From assembly GCF_006345805.1 (NCBI RefSeq), contig NW_021834130.1, forward strand, positions 1 to 26,625: a stretch of DNA of 26,625 bases. The letters are read 5' to 3'. Shown here in pieces: positions 1 to 8,879 of this stretch. The notes beneath the pieces were generated by a model. The model was given only the letters and a program-made list of their open reading frames with translations, did not search any database and was not told the DNA's origin. The stretch comes from Octopus sinensis. Its lineage: Eukaryota. Position numbers and translations under genes: made by a program. The number at the start of each line of letters is the position of its first letter. The stretch's first letter is position 1.

Positions 1-71
1 AAATACTTCAACACAATACTTATTCATACTCCCTCACACACACATACAACCCACATTCATAAACAATATAC

Positions 72-111
72 GTATATTCGTCTGTCTTTATGTTCTGAGT
101 TCAAGTTCACC
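72..111 (+). mobile_element. SINE B internal fragment
   Basis: gtatattcgtctgtctttatgttctgagttcaagttc matches B consensus ggtatttcgtc..ttacgttctgagttcaaattc seen in other copies. Confidence 0.55.
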
Positions 112-118
112 ATTACCA

Positions 119-337
119 TCTCTCGGATCACTGTTCTTTCTTCTTCTTTGGTGCACTTTGCTAATGGAGTGGCCATGCTTACACTGTAAAGCCAGGGGAA
201 AAAATGGCGCGATCGGGCTCAAACTTCGAACACGTGACCACAATAGTACCAACTATAATTACGCAGCGCAGAAGGTAGTGTGCCAATAATAAAGATATAT
301 TATGACGAAAGTGTGGATATTTTTTTAACTTCCCCTG

Positions 338-339
<2 letters not shown>
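119..339 (-). mobile_element. mariner-like DNA transposon 5' end (TIR, 5'UTR, first ~19 codons of transposase)
   Basis: Minus strand starts cagggGAAGTTAAAAAAATATCCACACTTT next to a TA tract; ATG at 176 gives MATPLAKCTKEEERTVIRE, resembling mariner N-termini (M.APL..CTKEEQR.VIRFL). Confidence 0.7.

Positions 340-342
<3 letters not shown>

Positions 343-380
<38 letters not shown>
343..380. repeat. (TA)n microsatellite
   Basis: direct reading. Confidence 0.95.
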
Positions 381-384
<4 letters not shown>

Positions 385-415
385 CTTTATTTAAAGCAGC
401 AGAAAATTCAACAAA

Positions 416-459
416 AACCTGTTACTCTGAGTTTCACGTTCCCGTTCGTCGGACAGTTT
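416..459 (-). ncRNA. minimal type I hammerhead-ribozyme-like motif, variant core CCGACGA
   Basis: Minus strand: ctgt CCGACGA acg-ggaa-cgt GAAA ctc-a-gag TA acag; stems I-III pair; U4 replaced by C. Confidence 0.45.
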
Positions 460-466
460 TTGCTAG

Positions 467-510
467 AAACTGTCAGACGAATGGGAACGTGAAACTCAGA
501 GTAACAGGTT
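467..510 (+). ncRNA. minimal type I hammerhead-ribozyme-like motif, variant core CAGACGA
   Basis: ctgt(470-473) CAGACGA(474-480) atg-ggaa-cgt GAAA(491-494) ctc-a-gag TA(502-503) acag(504-507); U4 replaced by A. Confidence 0.4.
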
Positions 511-609
511 TGGTTGAATTTTCTGCTGCTTTAATAAAGCATATTACTCTACCACTGGTATTTGAGTACTCTTTTTTCCACCTTGTTTCACATTGTGTGT
601 TCACTCCGG

Positions 610-610
<1 letters not shown>

Positions 611-668
<58 letters not shown>

Positions 669-671
669 TAT

Positions 672-703
<32 letters not shown>

Positions 704-709
704 CTATGT
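611..709. repeat. (TA)n microsatellite
   Basis: direct reading. Confidence 0.95.
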
Positions 710-711
710 AT

Positions 712-820
712 GCTTACAAAGAATAGGTCCTGGGATGGATTTGTTCGATTAAAGGCGGTGCTCCAGCATGGCGGCAGTGAAATGACTGAAACAAATAAAA
801 GCAAAAAAGAATAAAAGAAT
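712..820 (+). mobile_element. SINE A 3' fragment
   Basis: aaaggcggtgctccagcatgg..aaatgactgaaaca matches the 3' end of full A copies. Confidence 0.85.
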
Positions 821-1017
821 ATACATGCATGCATAAATATATACATGCGTGTATTTTTTTAGTCATATATGTAGGCGTGGGGAGGGGTATCTGTAGTTAT
901 GTGTGTGCGCATCTGCGTGCGTGTATATATCGCGTGTGATACGACAGATATGGACATTTATGAAGCGAAGATTTGTCATATTTATATATACATGTTTATG
1001 CATATATATATATATAT

Positions 1018-1474
1018 GAGTGTATTGTGTGGTAAGTAGCTTGTTTACCAGCCACATGGTTCCGGGTAAAGTCCCACTGCGTGGCATCTTGGGCAAGTGT
1101 TTCTGCTATAGCCTCGGGCGAACCAAAGCCTTGTGAGTGGATTTGGTAGACGGAAACTGAAAAAGAAGCCTGTCGTATATATAATATATATATATATATT
1201 ATAGATATATATATATATGTCTTATATTATATATATATATATATATATATATGTTTGTGTGTCTGTGTTTGTCCTCCTAGCATTGCTTGACAACAGATGC
1301 TGGTGTGTTTACGTCCCCGTTACTTAGCGGTTCGGCAAAAGAGACCGATAGAATAAGTACTGGGCTTACAAAAAGAATAAGTCTCGGGGTCGAGTTGCTC
1401 GACTAAAGGCGCTGCTCCAGCATGGCCGCAGTCAAATGACTGAAACAAGTAAAAGAGTAAAAGAGTAAAAGAGT
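1018..1474 (+). mobile_element. SINE A (tRNA-like head, CORE-like segment, internal (TA)n, 3' module, GAGTAAAA tail)
   Basis: Collinear with 10767-11180 and 18901-19360; B-box-like ggttccgggt(t)(c)agtccc; ccttgggcaagtgt segment. Confidence 0.9.
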
Positions 1475-1844
1475 ATGTACATAATATTATTCTCAACAGA
1501 CTCGAGACCGGCACCCGTATGTGTACGTATAAGAGTAGCAGTGAGCAGACGATGATTTTTTTGTGTTTCCTTAGTACTATTGGCCATTAGACGCGCTTTC
1601 TTGCTAAGAAACAGCATGAGTCGTCTGTAGAAAAAATGGCTGCGACGATCTTGTGTAAGAGCGTCTGTCTGTGTGAGTGTGTGCTAGTGCGCGTGTTTGT
1701 TACGCGAGAGAATAATGATGACCTGTGAAATTCTATAGAAAGATCGTTGAACCCAGCCGAGTTGTTGTAAAATTAAAACAAATTATTTGAACTGAACGGA
1801 GACACACGAGGAGTTTAAAATAACAAAGGAAAGAAATTTATAAT

Positions 1845-1886
1845 CATAACAACAACAACAACAACTACAAAAACAACAACAACGAC

Positions 1887-1930
<44 letters not shown>

Positions 1931-1938
1931 TGATGATG

Positions 1939-1978
<40 letters not shown>

Positions 1979-2061
1979 CAACAACAACGATAATAATAAT
2001 AATAATAATAATAATGATGATAATAATAATGATGATAATAATAATAATAATAATGATGATG

Positions 2062-2128
<67 letters not shown>

Positions 2129-2133
2129 TAATA

Positions 2134-2164
<31 letters not shown>

Positions 2165-2247
2165 TGATAATAATAATAATCTTTGCTTTTAATTATTTTC
2201 TATTTTACTTTTATTTTATTTTATTTTATTTTATTTTATTTTATTTT
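1845..2247 (+). repeat. compound (CAA)n/(AAT)n/(ATG)n tract followed by (TTTTA)n
   Basis: direct reading. Confidence 0.95.
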
Positions 2248-2479
2248 TAAAGCTGAATCTGATAATTAAACCACTCAATAGATTCCCCGCTTAATGAAGG
2301 CAGACCGACAAGCGCTACAACTGGTTGATAATGGAACATCAAAGGAACGGTTTCGTCAGCGTTTAATTGCGAAGCAGAACTGCGTATGTCTTGCTGTACT
2401 AATATGGCGCTTGTTGAAGACGACGGCAACGGCGGACACGACAGCAGCGACATCAGCATCGCCAGGAAACAACAACGGT

Positions 2480-2502
2480 GGCGGTGACGGTGACGACGAC
2501 GG

Positions 2503-2543
<41 letters not shown>

Positions 2544-2911
2544 GTCGTGATGTTGATGACGATCATGATGATGATGATGATGATGATGATGACGATGATG
2601 ATGATGATGATGATGATGGTCGTGATGTTGATGACGATGATGATGATGATGACGGTGATGATGATGACGACGACGACGACGATGATGATGATGATGATGA
2701 TGACGGTAACATTATTCTTAATTATAACAAAAATAATGATGATGATAGCAACATCAAGGAGGAGGAAGAGGGGAAGGAGGAGAAGAGGAGGGCGAAGGGG
2801 AGGAGAAGAGGGGTGAGGGAGGAGATGGGGGTAAGAGGAGAAAGAGAAGAAGAAGAAGAAGAAGAAGAAGAAGAAGAAGAAGAAAGAAGAGAAGAAGAAG
2901 AAGAAGAAGAA
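2480..2911 (+). repeat. (GAT/GAC)n tract then purine-rich tract ending in (GAA)n
   Basis: direct reading; source of the poly-Asp/poly-Glu ORF 2294-3007. Confidence 0.9.
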
Positions 2912-2913
2912 GT

Positions 2914-3037
2914 ATTCTCTCTACTTTTGGCACAAGGCCAGAAATTTCGGGGAAGGGGACATGTCGATTACATCGACCCTAGTCCCTTTAAATGCTTTAT
3001 TTATTAAAAGGCAGATTTGACCTCGGCAGGATTTGAG
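2914..3037 (-). mobile_element. SINE B, degenerate, tail type 2
   Basis: reverse complement carries gggtcgatgtaatcgac and ccccttccccgaaatttctggccttgtgcc tail. Confidence 0.75.
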
Positions 3038-3058
3038 CAATAATAATAATAATAATCT

Positions 3059-3214
3059 GTTTCTTTATTGCCCACAAGGGGCTAAACATAGAGGGGACAA
3101 ACAAGAACAGACAAATGGATTAAGTCGATTACATCGACCCCAGTGCGCGTAACTGGTACTTAATTTATCGACCCCCGAAAGGATGAAAGGCAAAGTCGAC
3201 CTCGGCGGAATTTG

Positions 3215-3215
<1 letters not shown>
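3059..3215 (-). mobile_element. SINE B, 5'-truncated, tail type 1
   Basis: reverse complement matches the array unit from tcaaattccgccgagg to aaagaaa. Confidence 0.9.

Positions 3216-3290
<75 letters not shown>
3216..3290 (+). repeat. (TAA)n microsatellite
   Basis: direct reading. Confidence 0.97.
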
Positions 3291-3292
<2 letters not shown>

Positions 3293-3575
3293 TGACAGGT
3301 TAGCTTGGGAGGTTAAGCAGTTGTGGTCGATGAAAATATTGATAGTAGTACCAATAATCGTCGGAACCCTGAGAACAGTGAGTAAAAATCTTGAGAAGTA
3401 CATGGGACAAATACGAGCTGCAATAAGGGTGGAGCACTTGCAGAAAACAGCACTGCTTGGAACCGCTCAAATACTCCGGAAGGTGCTCGAAAAATAAGAG
3501 GTGTTACCTTAGTTCACTGGTAGTGAACAACTGACACTGTAGTACATCTCCAGCGTTAGAAGCTGTGCAAAGGCA
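3291..3575 (+). mobile_element. R4/Dong-like RLE LINE 3' fragment (3'UTR type 1)
   Basis: Frame from 3291: YDRLAWEVKQLWSMKILIVVPIIVGTLRTV...LQKTALLGTAQILRKVLEK* (stop 3495-3497), then 3'UTR ending in aatgataataa. Confidence 0.85.
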
Positions 3576-3600
3576 ATGATAATAATTATTATTAATTAAT

Positions 3601-4140
3601 TTTTAAATGTGACATGGAACAGAGTAACCTTCTCAAAATTGTCCATAGTTTCAGCAAGGACGACGGAATCTGCATGGGGCTGGACAAATGTGCCGAGGTC
3701 ACACTCAGAAGAGGTAAATTAATCAGCACTGAAAACATTGCACTTGGCATAGACACAGAAATTGGAGAATTAGACCACACCCACCCATACATATATCTAG
3801 GAATAGAAGAAACAGCTAAAGTACAACACACAAAAATGAAAGAGAAAATTAAGAGAGAGAATTACAGAAGAGTTAGACTAATATTAAACACTGAAGTCAA
3901 AGCTAAAAATAAGATAATAGGGATAAACACGCTAGCCATACCAGTCGTAAATTACAGCTTCAACATAATAAACTGGAAGATCAGTGGATTAAGAAACCTA
4001 GATAGAAAATCCAGAAAACTTTTAACAGCGTACCGAAGTCAACACACCAAAGCAAACGCAGACAGAACATATCTTTCCCGCTCAGAAGGGGATCGTGGCC
4101 TGACACAAGTAGAGAACTACTATGAAATTACAAAAGTTGG
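3601..4140 (+). mobile_element. R4/Dong-like LINE RT/thumb fragment
   Basis: ORF 3614: FSKDDGICMGLDKCA...YIYLGI...NKIIGINTLAIPVVNYSF..INW..LDRKSRKLL..ADRTYLSRSEGDRGL; lacks YxDD and RLE. Confidence 0.85.
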
Positions 4141-4144
4141 ACAA

Positions 4145-5940
4145 AAAGTTGGAAACAAAAAGTGGAAGACTATTACATATAATAAAGTAACACAGGAAAA
4201 AGAAAACGCGTTTCTCTGTACACAATGAGGTAACAAAATTCGATACAGACAAACTACACTAATGCACTTTCCAAAAGACTGCCAAATACATCTGGCATGA
4301 ACTCACGGGTTTCATAAGACAGATCATCCAAACCGAGCAATTTGCGACTTGTGCAACCGCTCATCGCCCCCTGTATTTTAGCAGCCATTACAGGATTTTC
4401 TCACAACCTCGCGTCTGCTGCTGAGATCACAGGAGGCAACAGTGCGAAGTGCTGTTGCTAAGCCGCACACAACCGAGTAGCTCTCACCCGTCCCGCTTCA
4501 TCAAATACCTGACTTTGGTTTTGTTGCCATGCCATGTCTCTAGCGTTCGAACCCATCGGACGGCTTTTGTTCCTTCGGGTTTGCGCGCAGATGCCTTAGC
4601 TCTGACAATGCAGCTTTCCTATTTCACCTCGTAGAAATGATCAAGGTTAATTTTATCAGTAAAGGTAACACTTCCGCTGTTTCCCACGCCCTGGATCACC
4701 ACCACTTTACCGCCCGGGTCCAAGAAGATTGCCCTATTTGGAGGTCTAAGGATTTTCCTCAATAGCAATGGTACCCCGTTGTCCGATACTGGCAGGCCTC
4801 CGGATGAGAGTATCTCAGTCGTCGAAAATGAACGCCAGTGCTAATGGCAGCTACATCTAAGCCGAGCGACCTAAGATCATTAAGCAAAAGATCTTGCTTC
4901 CAAGCTAACCCCAGGCCACAGACATTCACACACCTCACTTTCAGCACAGCCATGTTAGTCAAAGAAAGAAAGCGGGGAGATAACTCTCCTCGATCTTCGA
5001 GAATCTCGTTTCCGGTCCTCTCTTCTGTCGGAAGTTTTCTAAAAGTTCCTTCTAATTTCTTTTATTTTTATTTTTATTCTGTTTTAAAATCCTCAAAGTA
5101 ACTGACACTCCTTCCCGAACTGTTTTATACAAGTCAGAAGACATTTTTGTTAACATTCTGTCCTCCAGGATTTTAAGAATGAAATCTTCACACACTTCCT
5201 CCACTTCTTAATTTTGTCTTAATTTTTATTTAAGTATTCCATCAAATAACTGTTGCTTTTGTTCGCAACTGTGAAGTTAATGGATACATTTTGTGTACAG
5301 TTTAGATCGTTTTATTGTTTTAGCAGGTTCAGTTTTCGTTGTTGTAGTGTTTGTATTTTCTCTTTATTGTTGTCGTTGATGATGATGATAATGTCGCTGC
5401 TGTTATTGTTGCTGTTGTTGTTGTTGTTATTGTTGATATTGCTGTTGTTACTGGAGTGGTTGTAAAGGTGGGTTGTCTTCTGCTTCTGTTGTTCGTAGCG
5501 GATGACGTGGTTTCATTTCCTTTGTTAAAAACTTTCATCTTCTGTTTGTCTTGAAATATGTTGCTATTGTTGACGCTGATGTCACTGTTTCTGCTGTTGT
5601 TGTTGTTGTTGTTGTGTGCGTCGATATTTTCCATTATCTGTACCTCTTTAAATTTGTTTATGTTGTTGCTGCTGCTTTTGTTGTTGTTGTTATCGTTGTT
5701 GTCGCTGTTGTTGTTGATAACGATGGTGATTTCAATGATTTCTTTGTTGAAATTTTCCGTCTTCTGTTTATTTTACAGCATTACTGTTGGTGAAAGCTGT
5801 CTTGTCGGCTGTTTTCAAAGCGGTGTCATAGCGAGTCCCGTTCCTACCGACTCTCACTGCGTTCTGATAACGCTCCTTCTTTCACAAACGAACCTTCACC
5901 GCGTCGTCTAATGTGTTATCGATGGAGGCAGAAGAGAAAA
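4145..5940 (-). mobile_element. L1/Tx1-like LINE, heavily internally deleted
   Basis: Minus strand: low-complexity ORF1-like region; APE start MAVLKVRCVNVCGLG..LLNDLRSLGLDVAAIS; AIFLDPGGKVVVI; linker KRDG.ELL..CAA*QQHFA; RT-domain-0-like KLLGLDDLSYE..MPDVFG; no RT core. Boundaries approximate. Confidence 0.65.
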
Positions 5941-6159
5941 TCTCATAAACGAAGCAAAATTAAATCGTGATGCCCCAGAAAAACGGGGCACAACACGCGA
6001 AAGGAAACTCACCAGTCAGTACAGAACAACTCGTTTTTTGACAATGGTCTAAATGTCAAAACTGGATGCAACGTTTATCCGTGATTTTTATTTTACAAAA
6101 TATACAGAGCCGAGGTTAAACCTAGCTTGCCCGGCTGACGGCAATAATAATAATAATAA

Positions 6160-6710
6160 TGCCCTGAATCAGTACCAGGCAGTGGCTCTCATGGCTTCTG
6201 ATCTTAACTGATTGGAAGTGTTATCATGTACATTGTTTCGTCTTGGTATAAAAGATGGACTACAGCAAATATTCTGCTCAATACCACAGATTTGCTTGTC
6301 AGTTGTTTGACCTTAACCATTTGACCATGTCCCTTAGTGGCTGACGATATGTGCATCTCTGATCACGAGCAGAAAATAGTGGGGGAGCATCATAGCCATG
6401 TGTTGAGAGGGATTCTTTGGGGTTTGAATAATCACCTCTGGAGACATGGGTGGTTTTTTCAACATCCTTAAACAACCCTTATTCAGGGACCGTTTGAGCG
6501 GGATGGGCTACTCAACTGAAGAAAATTCTAACTGGGCCCACCTGCAAGGTCATGTGCAGTTTATCTTGATATGAGATCACCATGTCGCGCACATATGGTT
6601 GTGATGCATGTGCCTGCTGTACCCTTATCAGACGGATAGTCATGATGGGTATATTGGGCTTCGTATATTTACCCAGTGTCACTTTGATGGCATGCGCTGC
6701 TCTCTCACTC
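6160..6710 (+). mobile_element. unclassified ~550-bp interspersed element D, copy 1
   Basis: Three collinear copies in window, AAT tracts on both sides, no TIR or tRNA head seen; strand inferred. Confidence 0.85.
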
Positions 6711-6776
6711 AATAATAATAATATAATAATAATAATAATATAACAATAATAATAATAATAATAGTAATATAATAAA

Positions 6777-6819
<43 letters not shown>

Positions 6820-6828
6820 TAATAATAA

Positions 6829-6916
<88 letters not shown>
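6711..6916 (+). repeat. (AAT)n tract
   Basis: direct reading. Confidence 0.97.
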
Positions 6917-7115
6917 GACAAAACATAACAAAAACACCAGGACTTACAAAACACATATAGTACAGAAAATTGCACTGCTAGGCACTGCACACATCCTACG
7001 CAGAACACTTTCCATACAATAACCATCAGAGCATCACAACAAATCACAGCACATACCCAAGGCACACAGAGCTGCGCTCGGTAGTGAAGTGAAAGCACGC
7101 TATAAAAATAAACTA

Positions 7116-7117
<2 letters not shown>
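6917..7117 (+). mobile_element. R4/Dong-like LINE 3' end (3'UTR type 2)
   Basis: ..QKIALLGTAHILRRTLSIQ* then 3'UTR ending aaaataaaactatg + (AAT)n; near-identical to 13070-13237. Confidence 0.9.

Positions 7118-7177
<60 letters not shown>
7118..7177 (+). repeat. (AAT)n tract
   Basis: direct reading. Confidence 0.97.
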
Positions 7178-8033
7178 TTCTTTATTAACCACCGATGACT
7201 CATGCAAAAGACTGGGAGCTGTACAGGACGATACACTGAAGCATATAAAACCGGAATAACAATAAGCAAGGGAGGACAAACTTGGGAATGGCCCGGATTG
7301 ACTACCGCAAAGCTTACAATATGATTCCACATTCGTGGATCATTGAGAGCTTAAATTTGTTTGGAATTCCAAGGAATGTAACGCGTTTTCTGAGGAGAAG
7401 TATGGTGAGGTGGAAAATTGTGTTGCCATCGTCAAAGCCTGGGCATCCTGGGTACGAGGAGAGGGATTTTCCAAGGTGATGGCTTATCTCTATTGCTTTT
7501 TGTATGACACCTCTGACCTTGGCACTTTGGAAAATGAACCTGGGATATCAGTTAAAGGGAAAATCTCAAAGAATTGATCACCTCCTCTTCATGGATGATT
7601 TGAAACTGTATGGCAAAGATGAGGTACACATGACCTCCTCCTTGGTGAACACGGCCCATTGTTTTTGTGCTGATATTATAATGGAATTCGAACTTAATAA
7701 GTGTAGTATAATGTGCCTGAAAAGAGGAAAGGTACAGTCCCTGGCAGGGATAAAATTACCTAATAAAGAATTGATAAAACAAGTTGAAAAGGAAGACTAG
7801 AAATACCTTAGCATACAAGAGTTCAACGAAATCATGGAGAATGAAATTAAAGAACAGCTGAGGAAAGAATATTTTCCGAGGACTAGGATTGGTGCTGCGC
7901 TCAAAATTGAATGGATGGAACAAAATCCAAACCGTAATACATGGGTGAAAGCGTGACTTCGGTTTGGAGGTGGGATCATAAACTGGCAAAAGGAAGAACT
8001 GAAGAGCATGGATACGAAAACAAAGAAAATATT

Positions 8034-8260
8034 TCTTTATTGCCCACAAGGGGCTAAACATAGAGGGGACAAACAAGAACAGACAAAGGGATTGAGCCGA
8101 ATACAACGACCCCAGAGTGTAACTGGTACTTATTTAATCGACCCGAAAGGATAACAGGCAAAGTCGACCTCGGCGGAATTTGAACTCAGAACGTAACGGC
8201 AGACGAAATACCCCTAAGCGTTTCGTTCGGTGTGTTAATGATTCTGCCAGCTCGGTGCCT
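8034..8260 (-). mobile_element. SINE B full-length with 14-bp TSD
   Basis: TSD acaaagaaaatatt at 8020-8033 and 8268-8281; removal restores MDTKTKKILAVHRAF. Confidence 0.92.
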
Positions 8261-8879
8261 TCAAAAGACAAAGAAAATATTGGCAGTGCACAGAGCATTC
8301 CGTCCCAAGAGTGGCACTGATAGGTTGTACTTGTCCAGAAGAAAGAGTGGGAGAGGTTTGATCACTTACCAGATTTGTGTAGAAGCAGAAGAAAACAGCT
8401 TAGAGGGACATATAAAAAATGCCGTGGTACCATTACCGAATCATGTGCTGAAGTCTAGTATCATTAAAACTGATAATTGTATAAAGAGAGAAAAACTTTA
8501 AGAGAAGAAGAAACAGCATGGAAAGAGAAAAAATGTGCTATCGGTCTGCAAGAGATACGAACGAAAACAAACAGATACAGAAGACCGGTAGCTATGGATA
8601 CGGAGGAGGGGACAGAGACAAAAGCACTTCTATGCGCAGCGCATGAACAAGCATTGAGACAAACTATATGAAGTGCAGAATTGATAACACAACTGAGAAT
8701 GGCAAATGCAGAATGTGTGGTGAGAGGGATGTAACAATATGGCACATCGTTAGCGAATGCCCGAAATTGGCACAACGCGAATACAAAAGACGACATGACA
8801 ATGTAGCAAGAATGATCCATTGGGAGCTCTGTGGAAATCACAGCCTACAAAGAGCAAAGACGTGGTATGAACAAATTAA

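Larger units (their letters stand above)
385..539. repeat. near-perfect 155-bp inverted repeat (foldback)
   Basis: 385-461 is the reverse complement of 465-539 with about 4 mismatches and 2 single-base indels; loop ~3 nt. Confidence 0.95.

Noticed and set aside
201-240. AAAATGGCG (YY1-like) and CACGTGAC (E-box) as host promoter or first exon
   Set aside because: Lies within the 5'UTR of the minus-strand mariner remnant.
2294-3007. 237-aa ORF with poly-Asp/poly-Glu
   Set aside because: Made of GAT and GAA microsatellites (stop-free in that frame) and ends in SINE B sequence.
3614-4228. 204-aa ORF as a functional CDS
   Set aside because: Fragment of LINE RT without YxDD; C-terminus reads into the antisense Tx1-like insert.
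6085-6142. Possible orphan LINE 3' end before the AAT run at 6143
   Set aside because: No coding or UTR similarity to the other copies could be established.
6160-6215. Faint U2 snRNA resemblance on the minus strand of D
   Set aside because: Only short non-collinear words match; no Sm site or branch-point recognition sequence.
6341-6400. CTGACGA...GAAA in element D as a hammerhead
   Set aside because: Stems I and III and the UH site cannot be built, and the core is not kept in copies 2 and 3.
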